NCBI RefSeq assembly: GCF_023055435.1
Contig: NW_025964013.1
Span: 5,394,001 to 5,458,000 of the forward strand
Reading direction: 5' to 3'
DNA: 64,000 nt
From: Haliotis rufescens
Taxonomy: Eukaryota
Shown: positions 1 through 13,002 of the stretch, one piece after another
How positions within the stretch are numbered: the first letter of the stretch is position 1
Layout: each line of letters starts with the position of its first letter
Position numbers and translations under genes: made by a program
Notes under the pieces: generated by a model
What the model was told of the DNA's origin: nothing
Seen by the model: the letters and a program-made list of their open reading frames with translations, nothing else
Databases searched by the model: none

Positions 1-460
1 ATATGAGACACTATGAAGTGGTGTATGGGTAGATATAATACTAATCTATGGCATGAAACATATATGAGGTTTAAGTTGATTTTGACAGCCCGGGCCGAGT
101 CGGGGCAAACACATGTGACAGATTTTCATGAGAAAATACAGTAAAAGTGCTTGACTTTAACGGGTCCGTTTCCTTTAAATGCGGTGTTCTGTGACATTAT
201 AAAGTGATATGTAGGTAGATATATTACTAGTCCATAGATGTAAACACATTTGATCATACATCTGTGAGTTTAAAGTTGATTTTGACAGCCCGGGCCAAGT
301 CGGACCGAACACAGACCAATCACTTCTAATATAGAATGTTGAGAATGTAGAGGGAAAAGGGCTTCCCTTTGAGCACCGTGTTTTCTTTAACTACTGCAAT
401 ACGAGACACTAAAGTGATATATAATTAGATATAATACTAGTCTCTAGGTGTAAAGAATGT
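1..460. repeat. Degenerate internally repeated block, probably part of a non-autonomous element
   Basis: The motif AAGTG(A/G)T(A/G)T..TAGATAT..TACTA.TC recurs at about 16, 201 and 412. AAGTTGATTTTGACAGCCCGGGCC recurs at about 73 and 273. No boundaries are visible. Confidence 0.35.
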
Positions 461-1884
461 TTAGTAACTTTTGAAGTGCTAGGACAGTTATTAACACGTG
501 TCGTGTCAGCCCTATCACATTCGAAGAATATCAACTTCCAGAAAACATCCTGTGTTGGTTTAACATGAATTAGTAAAGGTTAATTAGGGATGCCCAACAC
601 GTTAATTAATTAAAGAAGAGTAGTCAAAACACTGTCATTTCCTCCCCAGGACATCACACCCCTACACGCTAAGGTCGGTGAGAAACCTTCTCATCAAAGA
701 AAACACACTGTCAAGACACTGACCTTTCTACGAGGACTCACGGAATGTAGTCATAATTATCAATTTATTACATTGTTGAAGATGTATTTTGATTCAAACT
801 CAATTAAACGAGAGAAAAAAATATAAGTTTGTGGACATTTGAGATCTGCCGAGATATGTACGTTTCGTTTCATTATTCTGCAATCCATTTTTAGTATTAC
901 CCGCTGGCCCGGCCCGACTTTCATGCAATCCCCATATTTATATGCACACACACAAAGATTTGTAGGTACTCCTGCAATGTATGTCCTTTTCAGCACTTTT
1001 ATACAATTTGTTGTATCAAAATTCACAATGTCAATGTATACAGTCATAGAATTTATTAACATAAAATATAAACACACAAGTACGCGTTGTTTGGCTTCAG
1101 TGACTTCTGGGAAGGTGGAAGACTTATAAATGCTTTTGCATTGGAGCGCCGTTCCCTCTGGCTATTATGTTGGGTCACTTGGCACGCATCTACAAGGACC
1201 AGCGTTGCCCTCCGTCCGCCCATGACTGGTAGAGTGTGTTTTGACGACACATGTAATTCTATTTTTGTGTCACGTGTTTCACCATGTGGCGAGTGTTAGA
1301 TACAAACGAGTTGTCGCTTATGTCGCCAGCAGGTATAGAAGTCGGAAACCGCCGGAAACGAGCTTCAGTTGTCTCCCGAGTTGGTCGAGAGAAGTCCACA
1401 CTGGGACCCGTGAGGTAAGATCAGTATGATGTTAGGCCAAAGTGTATGAGTGAAAAGTTAAAGTGATAGTGTATCTCGTTCTTTCCCTCCCGATATGTTG
1501 ATGTCAAAGTGTTTCTTCTGAAAGAATGTTTTACATTTAATTGTGTTTATTGTAAACTTAGTACTGTATTGCCAGAATGTAACTGGACAAAGAGTGGGAA
1601 TTTCGTCCGTATACCTGATTACGGGACACACGTATCACGCTTCTTGTGTGTGCAGTCACGTGTGTCCAGCATCACATCTGTGCAGTCAGGTGTATCCTCT
1701 ACAGTAGTAATCCAGGATTAATCCTTCAGTCAAGATGTCATGCGCTCCCAATGCCATATCCAATGGATCTGAACGCTATTTTTGGCCCATTGAAACATAG
1801 AGAAGAATACACGAGTGTCTGTCAGATGCCATGTGTCTTACGAGTTGTTTCAAAACTATGTAATAAGCAAAAGCCACACGCTTG

Positions 1885-2878
1885 ACACATCAACAAGTCC
1901 GGTCCTTACGCTAAGCTGGTACATACATCAACTGGTCCACTCTTAACGCTTGGCTGGTACATACATCAACTGGTCCCCTCTTAACGCTTGGCTGGTGCAT
2001 ACATCAACTGGTTCAGTCCTAACGCTTGGCTGGTACATACATCAACTGGTCCACTCTTAACGTTTGGCTGATGCATACATCAACTTGTCCACTCTTAACG
2101 CTTGACTGGTACATACATCAACTGATTCAGTCCTAACGCTTGGCTGGTACATACATCAACTGGTGCACTCTTAACGCTTGACTTGTACATACATCAACTG
2201 GTTCTGTCCTAACGCTTGACTGGTACATACATCAACTGATTCAGTCCTAACGCTTGGCTGGTACATACATCAACTGGTCCACTCTTAACGTTTGGCTGAT
2301 GCATACATCAACTTGTCCACTCTTAACGCTTGACTGGTACATACATCAACTGATTCAGTCCTAACGCTTGGTTGGTACATACATCAACTGGTCCACTCTT
2401 AATGCTTGACTGGTTCATACATCAACTGGTTCAGTCCTAACGCTAAGCTGGTGCATACATCAATTTGTCCACCCTTAACGTTTGGCTGGTGCATACATCA
2501 ACATGTCCACTCTTAACGCTTGACTGGTACATACATCAACTGGTTCAGTCCTAACGCTTGGCTGGTACATACATCAACTGGTCCACTCTTAACGCTTGGC
2601 TGGTACATACATCAACTGGTTCAGTCCTAACGCTTGGCTGGTACATACATCAACTGGTCCACTCTTAACGCTTGACTTGTACATACATCAACTGGTTCTG
2701 TCCTAACGCTTGACTGGTACATACATCAACTGATTCAGTCCTAACGTTTGGCTGGTGCATACATCAACTGGTCCACTCTTAACGCTTGACTTGTACATAC
2801 ATCAACTGGTTCTGTCCTAACGCTTGACTGGTACATACATCAACTGATTCAGCCCTAACGTTTGGCTGGTGCATACAA
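1885..2878. repeat. 38-bp minisatellite, about 26 copies
   Basis: Unit CTGGTACATACATCAACTGGTCCACTCTTAACGCTTGG alternates with a variant carrying TTCAGTCCT. It ends about 70 bp before the gene 1 acceptor. Confidence 0.95.
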
Positions 2879-2961
2879 CAATACAGCCGTTGTATCGTTA
2901 CGTTGTTATATTTCTGTAACAGTTAACATTGACTGGCTTTCTACAGAATAGCTGACCCAAG

Positions 2962-4466
2962 ATGGCGTTCCACTCTCCTCTGCTCATCGCCCTCGCCATC
3001 GGCAACTTGGTGTTCTTCATCATCAATCAGCTATTTGGTGCACTGAACATGGCCGGAGTAAGAGAATGGCTGGGCATTGATATAAGTAAGTACCACATGA
3101 GTAAAAAAATTGTATTGGACAATTAGCAAGATAATATGTTCGTAAAATGTCATCAGTGTAGCTATAATTGACATGACACATTTAGGGTTGTAACTAACCA
3201 TGTAAACATGCCCTTGGTCAGATGGCAACACGACTATAAGGTTTACTTCTCACAAATAGTTAAGACCCATCCGATGTTTTCATATCACTATAGCTAATCT
3301 GTCCTAGTATGATAGATTGACTATAGTAATATATAAGACTTGGGTGGTCCTTAGCTTCGTTTGAGTAGTATAAATATAATCGATGCCGCCCCTCAAACCG
3401 ATTGCGTCTACTGGAGTATCTATTCTGGAGACATTCATACTTTATATAAGAAAATATCCAGCCATAAACCTCTTGCTTCATTCTGTTAAGACTTCCGTTG
3501 CAATCTACAGAACCAAGACATGGAGAACTTGTTTGTAAATTATGTCGAACAATGCATAATTCGAATAGAGCTCGTCTTCTTTGTGGAAGGACATAGATGC
3601 ACGTCATAACTGATTGCCTGTAACTTTCAGATATTTTCGGCCAATCAATGGAAGATGCCTCCGATCAACGGTACCTCGAGATCACGCCCTCTTCAGCCAC
3701 ATTCAGCATCTGGGGCGCCATCTACATATGGCAGGCTATCTGGGCCATCTACGCCCTCGTCAACATCTGCCGCCGTACCCCTGACGGCTACGTCTACAAC
3801 AGCCCCACCCTCCTCAGTGCGACCTTCTTCGGTGTCTCCATCTTCAACTGGATGTGCGTCATCACCTGGACCTTCGTGTGGGGATGGGGTCACGTCTGGA
3901 TCGCCTTTGTTTTCCTGGCCATCGTCTTCATCACCATCTACATCTGCATAGGACTCTCTTACAAGGCACTGGCGCAGCACCACGACGCTCTAGTGAAACA
4001 AGGACGTAAGGTGGACATCTGGTTGATGCGCATGTTGGTGCAGAATGGCCTTGCCTTCTATGGCGCATGGTGCACTATTGCCACTCTCCTCAACCTTGCT
4101 ATGGCTCTGACTTACACCGCCAAACCCCAGTTTGACCAGAGTACCTCATCCACCATCGCTCTTAGCATCCTGTCCGTTGAGCTAACAGTCTTCGCTATCT
4201 CTGATTGGACAATTATGGACAAATACTCACGCTATACTTTTAGTCCCTATATCGTTGTCATGGTTGCACTTTCTGGAAGTATGGTCAAGAACTGGAATCC
4301 AGAGAAGACAAACTCTATTTTCACAGCGGTTTTACTGGGCGTGTCGATATTATGCTTCATCACCAAGATAGTTCTCATGTTTTGGCGACATTGTCGGGAC
4401 TCGAACAGAGACAAAGTTGAACTTCCGACCATCACAGAGAAGCAGAGTACGAGTACTAGACTGTAA
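2962..4466 (+). CDS. Paralogue 1: TspO-like 8-TM membrane protein, 319 aa
   Basis: Exons 2962-3085 (MAFHSPLLIALAIGNLVFFIINQLFGALNMAGVREWLGIDI, donor A|GTAAGT) and 3631-4466 (acceptor TTTCAG|). The phase-1 join is in frame with ORF 3648-4466. Motifs EITPSSATFSIWGAIYIWQ and NGLAFYGAWCTIATLLN. Upstream acceptor at 2946; AATAAA near 4620 and 4690. Confidence 0.9.
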
Positions 4467-5241
4467 CAGGGCGATGCTGGTCCCAGCCTTTTGAACAGTT
4501 TACAGTAGAGAAACGTGTTGATATAAACTTTTGTCACTCTATGTGTGTAATGTTGAGTATATTCAAAGTGCCATGTGATAGTTACACAGTCCCGACACTG
4601 TAACCACAGATATAAAGAAAATAAAACAGATGAATAATGCTTAAGTGTCGTGTATAGAGTTTCCGTATGATACGATCATGTCAGTGTGTAATAAACGCAC
4701 ATATGATTGATGCCGACGAGAGAAGAGGACCAATAGGATGTAACAGAAGGATGCTGGTTCCATGCTTTATTAGATTACAGAAGAGACAGTGTCATTAGAC
4801 AATTCGTATATATATTTATCATTTAACTTAAGCATTTATCCATGACATAAGCTTATGACATAAAAACATGTATGTCATACCCCAATGACATAAGTATGCA
4901 AATTAGATATGCAAATTAGATAACCGGAAGAGGGAGCGGTTTGATTTGAAACTATATATTATAAGTGAAGTTACACCAGAGATATAATCAGATTACACAG
5001 AATCGTTGTTGTTACCGTTATTAAAGTTTCAATTATTCTGCAAAAGTCTGTTCAAGTATTTTGTTTAAAATAATCCGAGGAACTTTTTTTCTCAGCGAAT
5101 TGTTTACTTTGGTCACATGGCTATGGAAAACATGTATCACTACGCACGATCTATACGTAAGATTTCGACAAGTTGCTGATGTTAATGTTTAATGCAATTA
5201 TTCCTTGATTTGGAAGCAAAAATGTGAAAATGATAAATAGA

Positions 5242-5381
5242 ATTCATCACTCGTGTTTTTTAATATGGGAAATATCAACCTCGTCCCGTTAATCGGTATT
5301 TGCCTCGCCAAAGGCTCGGCAAATACCGATTAACTAAGACTCGGTTGATATTTCCCATATTAAAAAACACTCGTGATGAAT
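5242..5381. mobile_element. 140-bp imperfect hairpin with CTCG mismatches, Crypton-like terminal structure
   Basis: The arms are complementary except at three TC/TC mismatches within CTCG and one short internal mismatch. Centre is CTCGCC-AAA-GGCTCG. The Crypton assignment is from recalled similarity only. Confidence 0.5.
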
Positions 5382-5832
5382 CCTCTATATATAACTTGTG
5401 TAGATAAAGATAATAATAATAATGCAAGGTATATCGTCAGACCAGACAATCATTTTTGTACATGATACAGATACACGCACACACCAACACACATGCACGT
5501 TGCACCTCACCGCATCTTCTCGTAGACACGCGACAGCAACCACTTAGTCTTTAGATTCACATAATAACGTATAATTATCAACATATGATAATATGGTGGG
5601 TTGCCTTTTTAAGGGGCACAATCTCACCGATAGATGGGTAGCCTGGTGTTGACTAGTCGGAGCCAAGAGGGAATTGCGTTAAGATACTTATCGTGCCATA
5701 ATAATAGATAGGAATGCCTTTAGTAACACTTGGCCTAAAGTCATAATGGAATTCGTCTTTCTTTTTTGCAAACAGCAGCAGAGCACCTTTTTTTAAACTA
5801 TCTAAAAAAATAAACAATTAATTGAGTTAATA

Positions 5833-6010
5833 CGACTAACGGGATCGGGTGGTCAAGCTCGGTCACTTTGTCGATGCATGTCATCGCATCCCAACTGCGT
5901 AGACCGAAACTTTTGATGTCAATCACTGGATTGTCTGGCCCAGGCTGGCTTATTTACATACCCCATCATATGGCTGGAATATTGCTAAGTGCGGCGTTAA
6001 ACAACAAACA
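5833..6010 (+). mobile_element. Short retroposon family B, 5'-truncated copy
   Basis: Matches 15353-15596 (CGACTAACGGGATCGGGTGGTCA...GCTGGAATATTGCT..GTGCGGCGTTAAACAACAAAC). Confidence 0.85.
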
Positions 6011-6622
6011 ATTATCACTTGCCATACAATCAATTTTCACTTCAACATTAGTTTCCTGTTGGTCAACAAACTCATTTTAATACACGCCTATACCTCAAAC
6101 TTGTCATGGGTGTGAATTCAACTGGTGCCGTTTCCCGTTACCAATTGTTTATCTAGCGTCCCCATTTGCTCTTCTATCCATCCCCCCGGACACAGGGAAA
6201 TGTCCGCGTTATAATAGGTTGTGTCTGTGTTGGCTGCATACACACAGACCCTGGGGGAATGTCGGCTGTCACTAGGTGCAGTCAGATTCCGTTAGCAAAC
6301 TCATCGCCATACTCATACCATGAATGTACCCAGTTTCCGATACATACACTCTGCAGTTGTCTCCCTTGCATAATTCTCACCACCGTTCAGGTTGTGGTTT
6401 TCCTCGTGTCGGGAAACGTGACAGGCATACATAACAGATTCAGTAGTGTGTAACCGACGGTTGTGTAACCACCAATATCACGTTGTTGGGTTAGGTAAAC
6501 ATATTTGTTTAATGCTTATCTACTACTTCATCCCACCACAAAGGGGTGCGGGTGGGGCTGGGGTGGGGAGGGAGGTGTTTTCGGAATGGAATGAAAAAAA
6601 TCTTTTTTATTTATTTTTTATT

Positions 6623-6625
6623 TGT

Positions 6626-6684
<59 letters not shown>

Positions 6685-6692
6685 GGGGGGGG
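6623..6692. repeat. (TG)n microsatellite followed by poly-G
   Basis: Directly visible. Confidence 0.95.
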
Positions 6693-7874
6693 CGTATGAT
6701 ACAGTTCTGTGACCATCAAAACCCCCGACCTTCCCGCACACACCATAGGTTACCAGTTCCCCAGCAATTGTCAATATGCACCAGTGCTTTTCGGCTTACA
6801 GTTGTACTTATGTACATACATGTGTCATGTGCAAAATAAGAACCACGAGTAAGTAGATTCTACGACGTAGTTTGTGGCTCTCGTTTACAGCATAACTGGC
6901 GTTGTAGGTGATGATGTATGCCTCTATCCGTCCATGACGCCCATGTTCCAGGTGTAGTTGTCTTTGTAGTGCTTCAGCTTCTGTTGAACCGTTTCATCAC
7001 CTACGTCTAGGCTCGCTAACACAATGATATTAACCATCACAAAACACACAAGTATGGTAACCTCTATATATACAGATTGTAAATATTCTGTTATATAACT
7101 GTAATGATAGGACCTTATTCTGTTCAAGCTTCATTCTGAAACTGTTTAGAAAGGGCCCTATTTTGTATATATTCCATCATTAAAATAAAATCCCCTTTCA
7201 CGGTATATGTGACACGGAGACAACAAGTATATGACGGGACTTCAATCACATTCCTATAATCAGTAAATAAACCTATATCCTAAATGGCTTTGCAAATTAC
7301 CGACAAATGTATGTTTGAAACCTGCTTTTAACAAAACACGTCGAAACCACACCAGACACATGTATTTTCTTTATCTGTCTGTCTAGTCATAAGTTAATAT
7401 AAGAAATATTAATATTAATATTGAGAAATAAAATATGAGAACCAGCTTGTGTGAAGGCTTCAAGTTTGAATTGTTCAAAATAAAAAAAATAAAATTCAAA
7501 GTTTGTGTCAGAGAAATGCACAACATGTTTTGGAGATATGGGATGGATATTTTCAGTAGTTTTGAAGAAGAATTTTAGCTTCAAAGCGAACCTGGACATA
7601 AAGTTACTTTTCGGATCTGAACGTGAGCTGAGACAAAATATACAAGTATGGCGATTTGACTTATGATTTAGCTTGGGACCGTAACGATAGTTTTTGTCGG
7701 ATGTTTATTTAATGAAGATCTACGTGTAGGTCCTGTCCCAACAATGAAATAGTCCATTTTGACCCGATAGCCAGGCAGCACATAACAGCGATAACGTCCT
7801 CGAGCGAGTACAATTAATGTTCCGATATGAATGCTCCGGAGGTTTCTGATCCGGTTTCACACAAAGGGCTAAGG

Positions 7875-7911
7875 CTATATCCAGAGACCATATAATAGTC
7901 TCTGCTATATC
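7875..7911. mobile_element. Probable DNA-transposon excision footprint (P/Galileo-like)
   Basis: 7-bp direct repeat CTATATC (7875-7881 and 7905-7911) flanks a 23-bp imperfect palindrome CAGAGAC-CATATAATA-GTCTCTG. Confidence 0.55.
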
Positions 7912-8469
7912 TCATTGTACTATTGGCCTTACCCGCAGGTGACAGGACCCGCTACCCTTGCTCCAAGGCTGTACTGAAAGATAAGTCCATGGATGGGTTG
8001 TCATTTTACCCCCCTAATAGGCAAGTCAAGACAAATGAACAGTACAGAGATCCTGTCTCTTATAGGGACATCTTATTCATAGTATATATATAATCTAGAA
8101 AAGTATGATCAGATTTAAACTAATAATTAGAGACTTGTGCAAGTCTAAGGTCAAGTCACTTGACCAAGACAAATACCAGTTTTTTTATGTTTACAATGAC
8201 GCAGCAGAGGGCAGTTGCGCGAAACGGATTTAAAACGGGGTCGTCTCAGAATGCCTACAACCATTGTACACGGTAGGCAAACCAATGAAGGCGTGATGAT
8301 TGACTGTACATATAGAGGTTACATGTGCATGTAAGAGTGAATATCATCCTACCCTATTCTTCATCCGGGGATGAAATTATCTAGTGGTCAGGCTGATTCT
8401 CCCTGGTGAATTTGAACCCATACCAGTGTGTTTAATCCTACTCAACATATATATAACATATATTTACCC

Positions 8470-8470
<1 letters not shown>

Positions 8471-8501
<31 letters not shown>
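8471..8501. repeat. Poly-C tract
   Basis: About 31 consecutive C. Confidence 0.95.
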
Positions 8502-8503
<2 letters not shown>

Positions 8504-9335
8504 AATTCTCACCCCACACCCCAACCAAACATGATTAAAAATTCAAGTATCAACATAAATAACACCAGAATATGTTAACCTGTTGCTAGTTCTATTTATC
8601 TAGGATCGGATACACTGTCACTTTTTTTACATCTGAACACTCAAGACCCATCTCTTTGCATTAAATTGACACTTTTCACATGTTTTCACATATCTGTCGA
8701 CATCTTGCCACATTTTCTTCCAATAAAAGTTAGTGTAAATTATCCCAGGATACATTTTCCTATTTCCACTTAGGTATGCTTCACTTGGATGAATTACCCT
8801 TAATTTTTGGACATAACTTATCCCAGATTTCCCACACTAAGGTAGGATACTATACTCTAGAGTAACCCCTATTTACAATTTTGCTCCTAAATAGCTTTGA
8901 CACGACCCTCATGTATGTTTTAAGGTAGCCTGGAACAGACAGTCACGTGGCGGTATAGCGAGAGAAAACAAGTCACCGCTGACCATATTCCCACACATGC
9001 CACAGACATTGCTACGCTTGAGTGAATTTACAACTACCGTAGTTACCTCCCTTCAATACATGCTTTCATCTTTCGTGTTACCGAGAATAGGTGGATTCAC
9101 TTCAGGCTAATCATATTCACGTTTTTGGCCACGTTATTGCTGTTCGTCACTTAATCCGTGGGTTTGTTGTGTAAGTCCTGGGGAGTCAGTGAACACGTTT
9201 ACCAGTCGAACACAGAAACGCAGAATCTGAAACATGTGAGTAGAAATAAATGTCTGTATATCTTAGAATTTAACAAAATTGAACTGTTAGTGTAGGAACT
9301 TAGATTAAAGTTAATAGCAGTCTATTTATATTCAT

Positions 9336-9435
9336 TTCTTTGATAGGCATTTAGAAGTTGGAGTACTAAGTAAGGATAAGAAATTATGGATGAACAACGT
9401 TTCGGTGTAGGTGCTAACACCGGTATCAAGCAAGT
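9336..9435 (-). mobile_element. Penelope-like pLTR fragment
   Basis: Shares sequence with 27681-27820. The minus strand carries a degenerate hammerhead-like motif TTGATAC-CGGTG..CACC-GAAACG. Confidence 0.55.
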
Positions 9436-9952
9436 GTTGCTTATTTATGTTATATTTTATATTTACTTATTTATATTAAGCTGAAAAATAATATTGTAGA
9501 GTGTAAACAGACCTCGCGACCGTGCGGCTGTTGGTGTTGACACGAGGCACGGACTCTCGGGACTCTCATTCCGTAAATGTTTAAATAAATGACAGTTGTA
9601 TGTGGTTTTAGAATAAGTCAAATCGATGAATTGTCTTTGAACTATAAGTGGGGAGGTCGATAACAATCTGCCTTCTACCGGAGGCACATCTCTAGCGTGT
9701 CCGTTGCCTGGTGATTGCAGCAGTAGATATAGATATATATATAGACGAGGGGATGTACTCAGGTCGGAGTCGCCCCCGCCTGTCCCTTCCTCTGCATCAC
9801 GCGCATGGAATGGCGTCACACATGCTGATGGAGAGAGCGATGTTTGTCCTATTTCTTATAACAACGCGCTATATTCTAGATAGCTTGGTGAATACACGTT
9901 GCATATTAACCTCATCGTGACAAAGATCAAGCAGCCAAAGAATACGTTTGTA

Positions 9953-10302
9953 TCGCCTCCGTGGTCTAGTGGTAGAGCGTCCGCCCGGAGAGCGGAAGGT
10001 CCGGGGTTCGATACCCGGCCGCGTCATACCAAAAGACGTTAAAAGATGGTACTTGTTGTTACCCTGTATGGCGCTCGGCATTAAGGGGCTAAAACAAGGA
10101 CTGGTCGGCTCGGAGTCAGTATACTGTGTCTGAGTGGGGTATTCATGCTAAACTGCGGCATGGTATCTCAGTTAGCTAGCTCTATAAATCGGCATCAGTC
10201 CGGACTAGTACAAGCAGCCACACAAACACACAGACGTACATGCACGTCGCTATATAAGTGCAATAATCTTGGACGCGACGTTAAACCCCATTTCACCTCA
10301 CC
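9953..10302 (+). mobile_element. tRNA-derived SINE family C (Meta/MESC-like core), full length
   Basis: A box TGGTCTAGTGG and B box GGTTCGATACC. Core GATGGTACTTGTTGTTACCCTG..TGGCGCTCGGCATTAAG. (TCACC)n tail. TTGTATCG duplicated at 9948-9955 and 10303-10310. Confidence 0.85.
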
Positions 10303-10390
10303 TTGTATCGATCATCTGGTGTGGTCAGTGCGGACACAATGTAAACGGTCCAATGTCCGTGTGGACAAATACCCAACTCGCCATGCGCCA

Positions 10391-10968
10391 TCCGTATGTA
10401 CAGTCTAGTTGTCATATATCAAGTGGATCTTCCATTGTTTGAATATCCGTGTGTACAGTCTAGTTGTCACATATCAAGTGAATCTTCCATTGTTTGAATA
10501 TCCGTGTGTGCAGTCTAGTTGTCACATATCAAGTGGATCTTCCATTGTTTGAATATCCGTGTGTACAGTCTAGTTGTCACATATCAAGTGGATCTTCCAT
10601 TGTTTGAATATCCGTGTGTACAGTCTAGTTGTCACATATCAAGTGAATCTTCCATTGTTTGAATATCCGTGTGTACAGTCTAGTTGTCACATATCAAGTG
10701 GATCTTCCATTGTTTGAATATCCGTGTGTACAGTCTAGTTGTCATATATCAAGTGAATCTCCCATTGTTCGAATGTCCGTGTGTACAGTCTAGTTGTCAC
10801 ATATCAAGTGAATCTTCCATTGTTTGAATATCCGTGTGTACAGTCTAGTTGTCACATATCAAGTGAATCTTCCATTGTTTGAATATCCGTGTGTACAGTT
10901 TAGTTGTCATATATCGAGTGGATCTTCCATTGTTTGAATGTCCGTGTGTGCAGTCTAGTTGTCACATA
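10391..10968. repeat. 55-bp minisatellite, about 10.5 copies
   Basis: Unit TCCGTGTGTACAGTCTAGTTGTCACATATCAAGTGGATCTTCCATTGTTTGAATA. It ends about 35 bp before the gene 2 acceptor. Confidence 0.95.
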
Positions 10969-11027
10969 TGAAGACCTACTTGAGATGTATTCTTCTGTTC
11001 CAGCCGCCCCCTCCACCACTGACCAGA

Positions 11028-13002
11028 ATGGCTGGACACTCGCCGTTCCTCATTGCCTTGATGGTCGGCAACTTGGTGGCCTTCCTCGCCAACCAGTTCC
11101 TCAGCCTCCTGGGCAACACCAGAGAGTTTCTGGGGATCGACTTAAGTACGTCACCCTCACATGTATCATTTAAACACATGACAAGGTTCTATGTGGTTTC
11201 AAACAAAGAAACTATACGCATCACGTGACGAACGTTTTCATATTTACCAGCTGTAACCCAAGTACGGCATGCAGCTCTTTCTTCTATCTGTTTTTCATTA
11301 GCCCAATAATGTCTAACTTGCAAAATCCAGCGTAATAGTTAATTACCAAATGTGAGGCGAAAGTGTTGGTTTCCTTAGTAAAGTGTTATTCCTATTTATG
11401 GGGAATGTGGAAGCAAGTGTGGTATCGTTGCCTAAACCGCCGCAAAGATTTATGCAGAGTTGGACCCTTCTCAATGCCAAGATAAAACCATTCATCTCTC
11501 GCCCCCATAACTTTGGTTGTGTGCTTTCAAACAACTATACATAAGGCATAAAGTGTCAAACGTGCTCCTGTATAGCAAATTGCAACACTGAACTTTCTTC
11601 ACTACATATCATCAACTTACAGGTAGTCTAAAGACCCGCTATTTATGGTGGGAACCGCTGGTCATGGGGTAGGACGATAGGGTAGTCTGTCGCCACCATA
11701 CCTTTCGTTGTAGGTTTCATGGCATACACTTGTACTACTCCTAGCGTCCTTCCAGCTTTTCCTTATCACTTTTTAAGGACTTGTAACTCATCACTTTGAA
11801 CAGTATTTTAGTTACATCACGACGTGTCAGATTAATGTGGGAGAAAAGCCCGAGTTTACTTACACGCCACGTTTCCCCCTTGTCTGACAACCCTTAAGAC
11901 TGGTATTTTGCTGTCAACCCAAGGAACATTGCCACGGCGCAGGGGTACCTCTTACCGAAGGTAGCCATGACAGCCAGTGTCCGGCACTGATGAATTCACT
12001 TGGATTTGTAATATATACTACACAAATTAGATATTCGGGGGGTGAGGGGAGGGGGCTAGTATGTTTACAGCTAGTCTAAAGCATAATTACTTTTTTTCTC
12101 GACGGGCCGAGACCAAAAAGTTGTCAATATTGAAGCAGAAAACTGACATTGTGCTGTTGCTGTATATTTTAGAGCTCTACCCAAATACGATTGCAAACAT
12201 CTCGGACAAGCTAATGCTCGAGATCACGCCCTCTGGTCCCACCTTTAGCATCTGGGGGGCCATCTACGTGTGGCAGGCTATCTGGACTATCTACGCCCTC
12301 GTCAACATCTGCCGCCGTGCCCCCGACGGCTACGTCTACAACAGCCCCGCCCTGCTCACATCGACCTTCTTCAGCCTCTCCATCCTCAACTGGTTTATCG
12401 TCATTTCTTGGACCTTCCTGTGGTGCTGGGAGCTAGTATGGGCGTCGTTTGTGTTTCTGGCTCTCGCCGCTATTTCCATATACACACTCATTGGTCTTTC
12501 TTGCAAAGCCCTGGCTGAGCACTCCGAGACACTCATCAAACAAGAGCGGAAAAAGGAGATCTGGCTCATCCGGGCATTTGTTCAAAACGGACTGGCGTTT
12601 TACGGAGCCTGGTGCACCATTGCTACTCTCCTGAACGTGGCCACTGCCCTGACCTACGGCGAACACCCCAGATTTGACCAGAGCACGTCCAGCACAATCG
12701 CATTAAGTATCCTGGCCGTGGAGCTTGTGGTATTCTCCATCTCAGACTGGACCGTATTGGACAGGTATACGAGGTATATATTCAGCGAGTACATCGTCGT
12801 GATTATCGCCCTTTCCGGGAGTATCATTAACAACTGGAATCCCGAGAAGCGGAACTCGATCTTCACTGCTGTATTGCTGGGTATGGCGGTGTTTTGTTTA
12901 GTCGTGAAGATGATCGTGATGTTGTGGCGTCACTTCCGGGACACAGGCAGACAGAAAGTGTTCATTCCAACGACAGAGTCAACGCAAGGCGGAACAGCGT
13001 GA
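11028..13002 (+). CDS. Paralogue 2: TspO-like 8-TM membrane protein, 315 aa
   Basis: Exons 11028-11145 (MAGHSPFLIALMVGNLVAFLANQFLSLLGNTREFLGIDL, A|GTACGT) and 12173-13002 (TATTTTAG|), phase 1 and in frame. Motifs EITPSGPTFSIWGAIYVWQ and NGLAFYGAWCTIATLLN. Upstream acceptor at 11003. Confidence 0.9.

Noticed and set aside
4093-4124. CRAC cholesterol motif after TM5 (LAMALTYTAK; also LTYGEHPR, LAYAR)
   Set aside because: The position parallels TSPO, but the motif is very low-specificity and absent from paralogues 4-6.
12061-12172. N-terminal extensions of track ORFs (also 22434, 37601, 46958, 55785 starts)
   Set aside because: These starts are intronic read-in or internal codons. Homologous upstream TM1 exons with in-phase GT-AG junctions give complete proteins.
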